From: Escherichia phage Mimir124
Reading direction: 5' to 3' (one strand)
Sequence record: PQ310662.1
DNA: 64,000 bases
The position numbers were made by a program, and so were the translations under genes. The first letter of the stretch is position 1, and every line of letters begins with the position of its first letter. Below, one piece after another: positions 7,736 to 18,667 of this stretch. The notes beneath the pieces were generated by a model. The model saw only the letters and a program-made list of their open reading frames with translations, ran no database searches and was not told the origin of the DNA.

Positions 7736-10303
7736 ATGTTAGTTGCAGATACCAATCAATCAGCCACTTCAGCGACACTGGGTGGCAAAGAAACAATTGC
7801 CTTTGGCATCTCTGATGACCCGGCATTCTTCCATGTATTAAGTACTTCCCTGTATAACAATCCTACTCTGGCAGTAGTCCGTGAGACTATCTGTAACAGT
7901 TGGGATGCTCATATTGAAGCAGGTAAGACTGATACTCCTATTCGTATCACTATTGATACAGACAACTTTATTACCTTCCGAGACTTCGGTAGCGGTATTC
8001 CAGATGAACTCATTGGTTCCATTTATGGTGTCTATGGTGCATCTACTAAGAAGTCCAACAGTAGTGTTACTGGTGGCTTCGGTCTGGGATGTAAATCCCC
8101 ATTCGCTTATACAGATAGCTTCCAGGTTACTTCATGGAACCAAGGAAAGATGTCTGTATATAACGTAGCTAAGGCTGCGATTGAGAATGATGGTAAACCG
8201 GGTATTGTTCCTATTGTTACCAATATTCCTACTGAGGAATCTGGTCTGGAAGTTAAATTCCAGTTAGGCAAGCATGATGTAAATACCTTCGTGCATTACA
8301 TCACATCAATTGTGTTTAACGGTGAGATTAAAGCTGAGCTTAGTATTCCTAAACTCGTTAAAACAGAAGAGGGTAACAGTATTCAGCAGGGTGATTACAC
8401 TCTACTGAATACACTGGGTATGTCATTTGAACCTGGTTCGTATGATATGTCTGATAGATGGTATCAAGGCTATATGGGTAGTAGTAACATATACGTTCGC
8501 TACGGTAACGTAATGTACCCAATAGTATCTAGCCCGGCTAGTGAAGAGGCTGTAGGGCTTATCCTCAACTTCATGAATATTATTGGTGCTTTTAATTTAG
8601 TAGTTCAGGCTGCACCAGACACCTTAGCTATTGCTCCTAGTCGAGAAACACTGTCTAACCAGAAGTTAACTGATGATGGTATTACTACTCTATGCGTAGA
8701 TTTAGTAGACCGTATGGAGAAAGAGATTAAGGCTAAGATTCCTGAAGCTATTAAACAGATTGAGGAATATGCCTCTGAATCCTCTACCCGTTTCTGGGAA
8801 TATCCATCATTCCTACTTGCCGTTACAGACAAAACTGTTCAACGCTATATGTCCTCTAGTTTGTGGGCTAAGCAACGTAAGCATCATATCAAGCACTGGC
8901 GTAACTTATCCAATAAGGCATTATTAGCTCGTCCTGAATATGCAGGTCTTAAGAAACTGTATGGTAAGGCTATGCGTGCTCTTAAGGATACTCGTGAAGA
9001 AAGTACATACTCCCCATTCCATGAATTAGTATATCGTCATCTGCACTTACCCCAGCTTGCTGCTTTAAAAGCTATAGGTATTAAGTGGTCTGGCTACATA
9101 GTGAACCAGGGTAACAGTGTTGACTTGGAGAAAGGTAAACTCGCTGACTACTTTAGAATATTCCATAACTCCCACCAGAGTATTGGCATATTCACTACCA
9201 AGAACGTTGTAGTTACTCGACGTTTGTCTGATTGTGCTGACTCTTTCTCATACTTCCCTGAATACAACAGAGGTGACTTGGAGCGTACAGCTTTTGTTCA
9301 CGTCGTTGGACCTAAGAAGGGTGCGGCAGAGGAAGCTGTAGCTAAGTTCACTGCTATGGGTTATCGGGTAATTGACCTTACTCAATACAATGAGTGGGAC
9401 AAACCAACTAACTTCCGTAGGGAACAGGCTAAGATAGCTGCTGAGAAACGAGCTAAGACAATAGCTACCAATAAAACCAAAGCAGGAGGTAAAACTAATG
9501 CTCTGATTTCATTGAATGCAGTTAATGGTACTACTATTGTACGGGATAAAAATGGTGATTGGTTATCTAAGCCTTATATTCAGAATGAGTTTGCTGACCC
9601 AAGCCGCCATGATAAATCTGGTTTCGTTGAAGTAGAGAAGCCAAAGTACTATGTACTGGCTAATCAGGTTGGTTCAGGTAGCCCAGTAACTGCCAGTATT
9701 GGAACCATGTGGAAATGGTATGAGTTATCTGATGAGATGAAAGCAGAGACTGTTGTCTGTCGTAATCAAATCGAAGCTAACAAGGCTAAACGACGAGGTG
9801 CTATCCACATTGATGATGTTCGCTTTAGTGAATTGATGTCAGTTATTACCAGTAAAGGCTTCAAGAAATATGTTACTGAACACCGCATCGGTATTCTGGA
9901 ATACGTAGGGCTGGATGACAGAGAGTATTGGGAAATCCTCGACATACTGGGTCTAACATTCAAACCATTACAGAATCTGATTTTTAAACCAGAATATGAA
10001 TGGGCATATGACTTTCTACGGAATCGCCCACTCAACAACAAAGAAAAACTTGTTGAAATGGGTTGTATTAAGTCAGTGAATGATTTAAAGCCATATGCAA
10101 GGATGGTTAACCCACGTAACCATAAGTACTATGAGATACTTAGTAGTTACAAAGAGTTATTCAGCTATAGCTGGAATAAAAATGACATCCTACAGACGCT
10201 GGACTTAGGTAGTTTGGTCAAACACCTTAAGAAGAATCCAGAGGATATTCCTGGGTTTAAGTCCCTCTACCGTAATCGTCTAAATAAACTGAAAGGTAAC
10301 TAA
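7736..10303 (+). CDS. rIIA: rIIA-like protein with N-terminal GHKL-type ATPase domain
   Basis: GHKL N-box ETICNSWDAH, G1 box DFGSGI, G2 box GGFGLG in first 120 aa; 855 aa; followed by rIIB-like gene. Confidence 0.5.
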   Translation: MLVADTNQSATSATLGGKETIAFGISDDPAFFHVLSTSLYNNPTLAVVRETICNSWDAHIEAGKTDTPIRITIDTDNFITFRDFGSGIPDELIGSIYGVYGASTKKSNSSVTGGFGLGCKSPFAYTDSFQVTSWNQGKMSVYNVAKAAIENDGKPGIVPIVTNIPTEESGLEVKFQLGKHDVNTFVHYITSIVFNGEIKAELSIPKLVKTEEGNSIQQGDYTLLNTLGMSFEPGSYDMSDRWYQGYMGSSNIYVRYGNVMYPIVSSPASEEAVGLILNFMNIIGAFNLVVQAAPDTLAIAPSRETLSNQKLTDDGITTLCVDLVDRMEKEIKAKIPEAIKQIEEYASESSTRFWEYPSFLLAVTDKTVQRYMSSSLWAKQRKHHIKHWRNLSNKALLARPEYAGLKKLYGKAMRALKDTREESTYSPFHELVYRHLHLPQLAALKAIGIKWSGYIVNQGNSVDLEKGKLADYFRIFHNSHQSIGIFTTKNVVVTRRLSDCADSFSYFPEYNRGDLERTAFVHVVGPKKGAAEEAVAKFTAMGYRVIDLTQYNEWDKPTNFRREQAKIAAEKRAKTIATNKTKAGGKTNALISLNAVNGTTIVRDKNGDWLSKPYIQNEFADPSRHDKSGFVEVEKPKYYVLANQVGSGSPVTASIGTMWKWYELSDEMKAETVVCRNQIEANKAKRRGAIHIDDVRFSELMSVITSKGFKKYVTEHRIGILEYVGLDDREYWEILDILGLTFKPLQNLIFKPEYEWAYDFLRNRPLNNKEKLVEMGCIKSVNDLKPYARMVNPRNHKYYEILSSYKELFSYSWNKNDILQTLDLGSLVKHLKKNPEDIPGFKSLYRNRLNKLKGN

Positions 10304-10307
10304 TCTG

Positions 10308-12356
10308 ATGAAAATCGAACTGATTTCTATCATCGCACTGGCAGTTGACAGTCGAAACCTCACACTGTGGAAGCCAGATGGCTCCACGGTTGTATATCCA
10401 CAAAGCGACCCACGGGTTGCTCGTATTGTATCTGAAGCACAGACTAAAGGTCTTGGCACTACCCAGGACCAAATAGAAGTAAACATTGCACCAGAAGTAG
10501 AACTTCGTACTGAATATCTGGAAGCAGAGAAGAACACCAACGGATTCGTCCGTTTCTTCAAGGTAGCTAAGGCTAAGCTAAAAGAGTTCTTCGAGGATGG
10601 TACAAGTGTTCAACCAGCCCGTATCATTTCAGATATTAAACTGGGTAATCCTACAAAGACTCTGGTGTCTAAAGCTATGGATACCTTCCTGGCTGGCCAG
10701 GCAAATGAACCAGAAGTAACGGTGGCAGATGGTTGTTACGACAAACGTGACAATCTGATGTGGGTTACTGGTTGGGATAAGGACCATAACCATCTTGCAC
10801 TGGTTCGTTTTATTAATGACGTACTGGGTTGGGGTTATGACCATACTAATCGCATCCTTGCACGGGAATGGCCTATTGGAATCCGTGCAGTATCCGATGA
10901 TGAAATGGGTGAGTTTGCTAAACAAGCCAAGCACATCAAAGGAGTACACATTGTATTCACCAGCCGTAAACATACCCCACCACCTTACATTGAAGTAGCT
11001 AAAACTACGAACCAGGATAAGCTGGCTGCTGCTTCTGAGAAGTTAGCTGCATTGGGTGCTATTAGTACCGATGACGCTAACTTCCACACTGAAGTGAAAG
11101 AAGATGAAGTGGTTGTTGCTGTTACCAACAATGGGGTTATCCCTGGAGTTGAGAACCTGCAACGTCACCTACGCCAATCTGCCAAACTGAAAGACTATAA
11201 GGGCTTTACTAAGTTCCTTGAGCGTCTGGCTCCGGTTATTAAAGACCGTTTGCACTCAGTGGAAGACTTGATGAAGTTCATGGAAACTGCTGAACTGCCT
11301 ATCGCTGATGATGGCTCTATCCTGTTCCTGAAACGCCTTAAGTTCCGGGGTACAGAAGACGGTAAACGTGTATTCGTTGACTGTCACTCAGGTAACATCC
11401 GTCAGTGGGTAGGCTGTAAAGTACAGGTACGAGAAGACCTGGTAGACCCTGACCGTCGTCAGGACTGCTCTAATGGCCTACACGTAGCATCCATGAGCTA
11501 TATCCGTAGCTTCGGTGGTAACGTAACTATCCTTGGTAAAGTAGCACCGGAAGATGTATTTGCTGTTCCTCAGTACAGCACCAATAAGATGCGTGTATCT
11601 GCATATCATATTATTGCTGAACTGCCGGAAGAAGAACGTAATAACGTTAACAATGGTATCTACCTGTCTAAGACAGAAGTAGGTAAAAAGTTGCTTAATG
11701 ATGCCATCGTTGGGAACCATAGTTCACCTACCACTCTTATTATGGTTGGTGGACATCGTGGTACTAACCTCAAATACACTAATCTTACATCTGGTTCTGT
11801 AGAACAATTCCGTACAGTTGCTAGTAAAGAAGCACTGAACATGGAAGAGTCACTGAATGAAGCCGTAGCTGCTGAACCAGTGAAGGCTACTGACCTTAAA
11901 CCTGTTATTAAGAAGGCTCCTACTGTGAAAGAACAAATCCAGGAACTGGTCAAAGAGTTCCTTAATGCAACAACCCCGGAAGATAAGTTAGCTGCTGCTG
12001 ACCTTCTGGTAGAACTGCGTTCCAAAGCCAGAAAGCCTTGGGGTGCATTCGACGTAGGTAGTGATGTAGTAGACGCTATTGCTACTATCCGTAGTACTCG
12101 TATTCCTGCACCTAAAGCTGTTAAGCAGGATAAGACAGTTAAACCTACACGTTCTGCTGCTGCCACTAAAGTAGCTCCGTCTGGTAAACACGCTGATAAT
12201 CTGCGTAGCATCCTGAACGATACGACGTACTCCGACTATCAGAAAGGCCATGCTCTGCAAGACTATAAGCGTCATGCTAAGAAGTCATTCACTGCAATGG
12301 GTCTGACTGAAGAAGAAGCTAAGTTAGCTACCAAGCTGGTTAAGGCTGCTAAGTAA
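10308..12356 (+). CDS. rIIB: rIIB-like protein
   Basis: 682-aa ORF immediately downstream of the rIIA-like gene; assignment by size and synteny only. Confidence 0.35.
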   Translation: MKIELISIIALAVDSRNLTLWKPDGSTVVYPQSDPRVARIVSEAQTKGLGTTQDQIEVNIAPEVELRTEYLEAEKNTNGFVRFFKVAKAKLKEFFEDGTSVQPARIISDIKLGNPTKTLVSKAMDTFLAGQANEPEVTVADGCYDKRDNLMWVTGWDKDHNHLALVRFINDVLGWGYDHTNRILAREWPIGIRAVSDDEMGEFAKQAKHIKGVHIVFTSRKHTPPPYIEVAKTTNQDKLAAASEKLAALGAISTDDANFHTEVKEDEVVVAVTNNGVIPGVENLQRHLRQSAKLKDYKGFTKFLERLAPVIKDRLHSVEDLMKFMETAELPIADDGSILFLKRLKFRGTEDGKRVFVDCHSGNIRQWVGCKVQVREDLVDPDRRQDCSNGLHVASMSYIRSFGGNVTILGKVAPEDVFAVPQYSTNKMRVSAYHIIAELPEEERNNVNNGIYLSKTEVGKKLLNDAIVGNHSSPTTLIMVGGHRGTNLKYTNLTSGSVEQFRTVASKEALNMEESLNEAVAAEPVKATDLKPVIKKAPTVKEQIQELVKEFLNATTPEDKLAAADLLVELRSKARKPWGAFDVGSDVVDAIATIRSTRIPAPKAVKQDKTVKPTRSAAATKVAPSGKHADNLRSILNDTTYSDYQKGHALQDYKRHAKKSFTAMGLTEEEAKLATKLVKAAK

Positions 12357-12582
12357 TGGTTAGCATTGATAAGGTGGATATACGGGAAGTAATCACACCC
12401 CTAAAGCAAACCGTTATAAGGATTTGTGTAAAGTACAACGGACACTTTGGTCAATTCTTTGAAGGCTTGTCTCTAGAAGATGCGATGAAAGAGTTCGGAG
12501 AATGGTATAAGAACCAGTCCTAGCCTGTTCAAAAGCCCTCACTTGTAATAAAGTGAGGGTAATTTTGAGGAGGAAATAAGCT

Positions 12583-12939
12583 ATGTCTAAAGTATTCAGA
12601 AGTAATCGCAAAGCAACTGATGAAGACATCATTCGCATGAATGCTGTTGGTCTGTCCCTCGCAACTATCGCTAAGACGTTGGGGGTTCACCCCACTACGG
12701 TTACACTTCGGCTACGTTCTTTGAATATAGAACCTGCGGATACAAGAAGAACCTTTATGGAAAATGTTCTAACTCCACTACCTACACCTATGATTGATTG
12801 GTTAGCTGAACAGCTCGGCCCTAAATATGAAATTAGGCAGTTTGTAAGGGATTTGCTGATAGATGCCTATAAGAATAGACAAGCAACAGACCTCCCTGCA
12901 CACATCCGTTACTTACGGGCATATGGGGGGGAAGAATAA
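12583..12939 (+). CDS. small helix-turn-helix DNA-binding protein
   Basis: HTH-like segment GLSLATIAKTLGVHPTTVTLRL; RBS GAGGAGG upstream. Confidence 0.4.
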   Translation: MSKVFRSNRKATDEDIIRMNAVGLSLATIAKTLGVHPTTVTLRLRSLNIEPADTRRTFMENVLTPLPTPMIDWLAEQLGPKYEIRQFVRDLLIDAYKNRQATDLPAHIRYLRAYGGEE

Positions 12940-12956
12940 TTTCCATAGAGGTACTA

Positions 12957-13436
12957 ATGCATAATTGGAATGAAATACTTACCTACTCTAACGGTAAGCT
13001 GTACTGGGCAATAAAACCGAAACGGGGTACACAAATAGGTGACCCCGTGGGAAATCCGAATAAAAACGGGTATTTACGTTTTCAATATAAAGGAAAACAT
13101 TATTTAGTCCACCGCATTGTGTGGGAAATGCACTATGGAGAAATACCCATGGGAATGCAGGTAGACCACATATGGCATAACAAGCTAGATAATAGGATAG
13201 AGAATCTTAGGTTAGTGACTCCTCTGGATAACCAGAGAAACAGAAGTAAAGCTCCAAAAAATACATCAGGAGTTACAGGTGTATGTTGGAGCAAACCAAG
13301 TGCTAAGTGGTTAGCGAGTATAACTGTTAAGGGTATTCGTAAACACTTAGGAATGTTTGACAATATAGAGGATGCTGCAAAAGCCCGTAAGCAAGCAGAA
13401 TTGCTTTACGGATTCCATCCTAATCACGGTAAATAA
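12957..13436 (+). CDS. HNH homing endonuclease with AP2 domain (copy 2)
   Basis: Same architecture as 2080..2556: NWNEILTYSNGKLYW, MQVDHIWHNKLDNRIENLRLVTPLDNQRN, SGVTGVCW..EDAAKARKQAE. Confidence 0.7.
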   Translation: MHNWNEILTYSNGKLYWAIKPKRGTQIGDPVGNPNKNGYLRFQYKGKHYLVHRIVWEMHYGEIPMGMQVDHIWHNKLDNRIENLRLVTPLDNQRNRSKAPKNTSGVTGVCWSKPSAKWLASITVKGIRKHLGMFDNIEDAAKARKQAELLYGFHPNHGK

Positions 13437-13438
13437 CT

Positions 13439-13891
13439 ATGAGTAATTCTTTAAACGATACGCTGGAAAACACACGGCAATGGTTTGAAATCGCAGTAGC
13501 GAATCCGACGAGTAAGAACATTAGTACCCAGATTGGTTGTCATCTGGAAGAAGTAGCTGAAATGCTGGAGACAATTAGTAGTATCTATAAAGATGACGCT
13601 AAAATACTTGCTTCCTTACACGATGCTATTAACTACGTAGCAGACCGTATTAAACAAAACGGTGGTATTGTTGTGAAAGACCCTATAGGACTTTTGGACA
13701 GCATTGCTGATCAGATTGTTACAGCAACTGGCGTCGGTACTTTCCTTGGGATGAATGTCCCTGGAGCATTGGCTGAAGTCAATCGCTCAAACTATTCCAA
13801 GTTCGAAGATGGGGAACCTATCTTCAACGAGAACAAGAAAGTCATGAAAGGGAAAGACTACACTCCCCCCGATTTATCACCTTACATCTAA
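13439..13891 (+). CDS. MazG-like nucleotide pyrophosphohydrolase
   Basis: EExxE-type motif (HLEEVAEMLE) and downstream acidic helix (LLDSIADQI) typical of phage MazG-like proteins. Confidence 0.45.
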   Translation: MSNSLNDTLENTRQWFEIAVANPTSKNISTQIGCHLEEVAEMLETISSIYKDDAKILASLHDAINYVADRIKQNGGIVVKDPIGLLDSIADQIVTATGVGTFLGMNVPGALAEVNRSNYSKFEDGEPIFNENKKVMKGKDYTPPDLSPYI

Positions 13892-13892
13892 C

Positions 13893-13913
13893 CCTCTACG
13901 GAGGGTTTTTTAC
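13893..13913 (+). terminator. Rho-independent terminator (short stem)
   Basis: CCCTC-tacg-GAGGG followed by TTTTTT. Confidence 0.5.
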
Positions 13914-13924
13914 TGGAGATTTAA

Positions 13925-15235
13925 ATGTTTTCCAAACCTACCAAAGCCCCATTGAACCAGGGGCAAGAAGCGGTTGCGAAGGAGTTCTTCGACTTCCTGC
14001 TCGACCCTAATGCCACAGAGTTCGGAATCAGTGGACCTGGAGGAACTGGTAAGACATTCCTGATGTCGCACCTGATTGATGACACTATGCCTGCATATAT
14101 GGAAACCTGTTCTTTGATGGGAACCAAGCCTCTGTATAACGAAGTTGTCATGACAGCGACCACGAACAAAGCTGCTGAAGTTCTGGCTCAAGCTACGGGG
14201 CGTCCAACCTCTACCTATCATTCCTTCCAGGGACTGATTGTTAAGAATGACTTTAAGACGGGTGAGGCTAATGTCGTACCTTCTAAATCATTCACTATTA
14301 AGAAGAACAAGATTATCTTCGTAGATGAAGCATCCATGATTGACCGTCAGTTACTTAAGTATGCTCGTGAAGGTACTCACCAGTGCAAACTGGTATTCGT
14401 AGGTGATGCTTCTCAGCTTCTGCCTGTTAAAGAGAGTAAGTCTCCAGTGTATGCAGGTAATATCCCAACACACTATCTGACCGAACAGATGCGTACTGAT
14501 ACACCAGAACTCAAAGCATTGCACCAGCAATTGCGTGATACGGTGGAAGGTAAGACAGGCTTCCTGCCTATTAAATGTATTCCAGGCATTATTGACTGGG
14601 TGCAGGGAGAAGAGATGGAGAAACTGGTTCTCAGTCACTTCACTCAGCCTACCAATAGCCGTATTGTTGCTTACACAAATGACCAGGTTATTAATTACAA
14701 TAACTACATACGTGAAGCTAACGGATATGTGGGTGAATACTCCATTGGCGAACAGTTAGTCTCTAACTCAGCCGTTCGCTTGGGCGTGGATGACCGTCTG
14801 TCTATCGAGCAGGACGTAAAACTCATTGACCAGGATAGCAGTACTCGCATGATTAAAGTTACAGGTGACCTGGAACTGGAAGTCCGTGACAGTACTCTAG
14901 ACCTTGGCTATGGTGGTATTGTAAGTGAAGTACCAGTTCCTACCGACCCAGACTACTTCAACCGTTTAGTTAAGTGGTTAGGTAAAGAGAAGAACTGGGA
15001 ACCTTACTTCCGTCTTAAAGAAACCATTCCAGACCTTCGTGCTACCCATGCATGTACTGTTCATAAATCACAAGGCTCTACTTACGACACAATCTTTATT
15101 GATGCAAATGACCTCTCAAGCTGTCGCCAACCTGATATGGTTGCCCGTCTGCTTTACGTCGCTGTGTCTCGTGCACGTAAGCGTGTAGTGTTCTATGGAA
15201 ATCTCGCCAGTAAGTACGGTGGTCTAACTTTCTAA
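13925..15235 (+). CDS. SF1 DNA helicase (Dda/RecD-like)
   Basis: Walker A GPGGTGKTF, Walker B FVDEASM, C-terminal TVHKSQGSTYD motif. Confidence 0.7.
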   Translation: MFSKPTKAPLNQGQEAVAKEFFDFLLDPNATEFGISGPGGTGKTFLMSHLIDDTMPAYMETCSLMGTKPLYNEVVMTATTNKAAEVLAQATGRPTSTYHSFQGLIVKNDFKTGEANVVPSKSFTIKKNKIIFVDEASMIDRQLLKYAREGTHQCKLVFVGDASQLLPVKESKSPVYAGNIPTHYLTEQMRTDTPELKALHQQLRDTVEGKTGFLPIKCIPGIIDWVQGEEMEKLVLSHFTQPTNSRIVAYTNDQVINYNNYIREANGYVGEYSIGEQLVSNSAVRLGVDDRLSIEQDVKLIDQDSSTRMIKVTGDLELEVRDSTLDLGYGGIVSEVPVPTDPDYFNRLVKWLGKEKNWEPYFRLKETIPDLRATHACTVHKSQGSTYDTIFIDANDLSSCRQPDMVARLLYVAVSRARKRVVFYGNLASKYGGLTF

Positions 15236-15245
15236 GGGAGGGTAT

Positions 15246-15776
15246 ATGCCTCAGATTGGTTCAGCGACTATTGGTCAGGTTGCCAATAGTAGTGAGATAG
15301 TCAAGCACCTGTTCTTAGCAGAACTAGTTCGTCTTGATGGTGTGTTAAACGGTATCATTGATAAGAATGACTGTATCAATGGTGTAGATGTATCGGCTGG
15401 CTTCCTTCACCAAGGGGAGTTCTATCAGCGTTCCAACGCTACCAGACCCCCAACCTATGGAGAACGATTAACACTTAATCCAGAACTTTGGCCTGCAATG
15501 GACAAGTATCTGAAAGCCTCCAGTCGTCTGATTATGGAAGTACACCTTGTGAACCAGACTGTATATCGACTGGTTCGTGGTTGTATGTCCTATCAGGATG
15601 TACGTGATGCTTTACCTGAATGTCTGGTAGCACAAGACCAGACTGGTCAGTACAAAGAGCTACCACGTACTCGTGAAGCAGCTTGGACTCTTGCTGGTGA
15701 TGCTATGGCAATCAAACAGTATGAGAAGATTTTACCTTCTATTGAATACTATGCAGCTTCACATCTGATTTTCTAA
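15246..15776 (+). CDS. hypothetical protein
   Basis: 176-aa ORF between helicase and polymerase, RBS GGGAGGG. Confidence 0.4.
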   Translation: MPQIGSATIGQVANSSEIVKHLFLAELVRLDGVLNGIIDKNDCINGVDVSAGFLHQGEFYQRSNATRPPTYGERLTLNPELWPAMDKYLKASSRLIMEVHLVNQTVYRLVRGCMSYQDVRDALPECLVAQDQTGQYKELPRTREAAWTLAGDAMAIKQYEKILPSIEYYAASHLIF

Positions 15777-15785
15777 GGTAAAGCT

Positions 15786-18365
15786 ATGCGTTACATCACC
15801 TCTCAGGATACTGGTAAGTATCCTATTGCTATCCTCGGTCATCAAATCCGAAGGGAGGAGATGATTAAAACCTACCTGCTGCCTTATGACCTAAGCATGG
15901 AAGATTTCATCTTCCTTGAACTTCATTCTGCCCCTGGCAAGAAGAAAACTCCTGCAAGGGAGATTAAAGAGTTCATTCAGCAGGAACTACAACAAGTACT
16001 GGATGATGCAGAGACTCAGTACATTATCTGTACCGACTCTGACTACTTCAAAATACTGACTAAAGAAGCTAAAGCAGAGGCTAACCTCGGCTATGTTTGC
16101 GACTCAGTATGGGGTAAACAGAAGGTTATCTATACACCTAGCTACAGGCAGGTCTTTTATGACCCACCTGTGGTAAAAGCCAAGATTGCTCAGGGTATGG
16201 ATGCATTACTTAACCACATTCGTGGGCAGTATGCTGAACCAGGTCAGGGAATCATTGAGTTTGAAGCCTATCCAGATACACCCGAAAAGATTAAAGCCTG
16301 GCTAGACCAGTTGCTTGAGATGAATAAGCCTCTGGCTATAGACATCGAATCATTCGGTTTAAAGCACTATAACGCAGGCATAGGAACGATTACGTTCTGT
16401 TGGAGCAAGACACAAGGCATAGCCTTTAATGTGGACTACGAGCCAATTAAGGGGGCTACTGAGGCTCCTTATGGGCGTATTAACAGGAATGATGTTGTTC
16501 GTAACCTGTTGCGTGAGTTCTTCATTAAGTACACTCAACGGCAGATGTATCACAACATTAGCTATGACGTGTACATACTTATCTATCAGTTATTCATGGA
16601 TAACCTGATTGATACGGAAGGCTTACTACATGGCATGGATATCATGCTACGTAATTGGGACTGTACTAAGTTAATCACCTACCTGGCTACTAACAGTTGT
16701 GCTGGCAATCACCTTAGTCTGAAAGAACAGGCCCAAGAGTATGCTGGTAACTACGCTCAGGATGATATTAAAGACATTCGTCTTATTCCTAATGAGCAAC
16801 TGCTACGCTACAACCTCATTGATGGTTTGTGTACGTGGTACACCTACGAGAAGCACTGGGATACTCTCATTGCTGATGACCAACTGGATGTTTACAACAA
16901 CATCTTTAAACCAGCCTGTGAAGACATTATTCAGATGCAGTTAACCGGTATGCCCATGAATATGGAAACCGTTAACCAAGTAGCTGAAGAGATGGAAACT
17001 GACAGGAACCAGGCTCTGAAAACTATTCGTGAGTCTAAGCTCATGAAGAATTTCACCCTGATGCTTCGTCAGGAATGGGTAGATGATAAGAATGCTAAGC
17101 TCAAGAAGAAACAAGTAACACTTGCTGACTGTGACATCGAGTTTAACCCAAACTCTGGTCCACAATTACAAAAACTGTTATTTGATTATATTGGCTTACC
17201 AGTTCTTGGTCTTACTAAGAGCAAGCAACCTGCTACTGACGGTGACACTATTAAAGCACTGCGTACACATACGCAGAGTGAAGATGTTAAGGAACTGCTC
17301 AATGCACTTATCGACTATAAGCTCGTGGATAAGATTATCACTAGCTTCATCCCGGCTTTTAGAAATGCCCAACCTGGGCCAGATGGTTGGCACTACCTAT
17401 TCGGCAACCTCAATTTGGGGGGAACAGTTTCTGGTAGATTATCTGCCTCTGAGCCAAACCTGCAAACCATACCGTCTGGTTCTAAGTATGCCAAGAAGAT
17501 TAAGAAATGCTTCGAAGCACCACCAGGTTGGATATTTTGTGGACTGGACTTTGCGAGCCTTGAAGACCGTATCTCAGCTTTAACTACTAAAGACCCACAG
17601 AAGCTTAAGGTATATACCGATGGCTACGATGGTCACAGTCTCCGTGCATATGCTTACTTCGGTGAGCAGATGCCAGACATAGTAGATACTGTAGAATCCA
17701 TTAACTCCATTCAGCATAAGTACAAATCCTTACGTAGTGACTCGAAGGCTCCAACCTTCCTACTTACCTATGGTGGTACATATATGGGCTTAATGAAAAA
17801 CTGTGGCTTCTCTGAAGAGAAGGCTAAGACTACAGAGAAGCGTTATCACGACCTCTATGTGGTAAGTGATATGTGGGTTCAGGCTAAGCTAGACGAAGCT
17901 GCCAAAACTGGTTATGTTACTGCTGCATTTGGTTTGAGAGTGCGTACTCCTTTACTGGCTCAGGTATTACGTGGGACATGTAAGACTCCATATGAAGCAG
18001 AAGCTGAAGGCAGAACTGCTGGCAATGCCTTGGGGCAAAGCTGGTGTCTACTGAATAACCGTGCTGGTTCAGAGTTTATGCGTAAAGTCAGAGCCAGTGA
18101 GTTCAGGCTAGATATACGCCCTAGTATTCACATTCATGATGCACAGTACTTCATGATTCGTGACAACATGGATACCTTGCAGTACACGAACAAGCATTTG
18201 GTTGAAGCCGTTAACTGGCAAGACCATCCTGATATTGCTCATCCAGAAGTTGGTTTGGGCGGGGAACTATCCTTGTTCTACCCAACGTGGGCTAACGAGA
18301 TTGAGATTCCAAATCACGCTACCCCAGAAGAAGTTCATCAAATAATTCAAAAGGCATTCGCATGA
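15786..18365 (+). CDS. family A DNA polymerase with 3'-5' exonuclease domain
   Basis: Exo motifs AIDIESFGL and YHNISYDVYIL; pol motif A DFASLEDRI, motif B RSDSKAPTFLLTYGG, motif C HIHDAQYF; 859 aa. Confidence 0.8.
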   Translation: MRYITSQDTGKYPIAILGHQIRREEMIKTYLLPYDLSMEDFIFLELHSAPGKKKTPAREIKEFIQQELQQVLDDAETQYIICTDSDYFKILTKEAKAEANLGYVCDSVWGKQKVIYTPSYRQVFYDPPVVKAKIAQGMDALLNHIRGQYAEPGQGIIEFEAYPDTPEKIKAWLDQLLEMNKPLAIDIESFGLKHYNAGIGTITFCWSKTQGIAFNVDYEPIKGATEAPYGRINRNDVVRNLLREFFIKYTQRQMYHNISYDVYILIYQLFMDNLIDTEGLLHGMDIMLRNWDCTKLITYLATNSCAGNHLSLKEQAQEYAGNYAQDDIKDIRLIPNEQLLRYNLIDGLCTWYTYEKHWDTLIADDQLDVYNNIFKPACEDIIQMQLTGMPMNMETVNQVAEEMETDRNQALKTIRESKLMKNFTLMLRQEWVDDKNAKLKKKQVTLADCDIEFNPNSGPQLQKLLFDYIGLPVLGLTKSKQPATDGDTIKALRTHTQSEDVKELLNALIDYKLVDKIITSFIPAFRNAQPGPDGWHYLFGNLNLGGTVSGRLSASEPNLQTIPSGSKYAKKIKKCFEAPPGWIFCGLDFASLEDRISALTTKDPQKLKVYTDGYDGHSLRAYAYFGEQMPDIVDTVESINSIQHKYKSLRSDSKAPTFLLTYGGTYMGLMKNCGFSEEKAKTTEKRYHDLYVVSDMWVQAKLDEAAKTGYVTAAFGLRVRTPLLAQVLRGTCKTPYEAEAEGRTAGNALGQSWCLLNNRAGSEFMRKVRASEFRLDIRPSIHIHDAQYFMIRDNMDTLQYTNKHLVEAVNWQDHPDIAHPEVGLGGELSLFYPTWANEIEIPNHATPEEVHQIIQKAFA

Positions 18366-18667
18366 CTAAAAGTACTAAAGAAACCGTCGTCAAAAAATAT
18401 CATTGGATGGTGGCAGCACAGGTAATCTTCCAGCTTCCTAAAGCCGATGATGGTTCCCTGCTTACCATGAACACAATGCTGCTCACTGACGAACCTCATG
18501 TGACGTATAAAGATTTGGCCCGTGTCAATCACTCTCTGAAGATTAGTCTGGACCAGCGTTTTGATACTTCGGTTGACCTGAAAGACATTGTTTATCTGTC
18601 CATCAATAACCTGGGTCTGATGTCTGAACCAGAGTTCCAGGCAAACATGATTCCCAAGGGGGAATAA
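18362..18667 (+). CDS. hypothetical protein
   Basis: 101-aa ORF, start overlaps polymerase stop. Confidence 0.35.
   Translation: MTKSTKETVVKKYHWMVAAQVIFQLPKADDGSLLTMNTMLLTDEPHVTYKDLARVNHSLKISLDQRFDTSVDLKDIVYLSINNLGLMSEPEFQANMIPKGE

Noticed and set aside
10629-12275. Several - strand ORFs (114-183 aa) inside the rIIB-like gene
   Set aside because: Antisense to a continuous 682-aa ORF; no supporting features.
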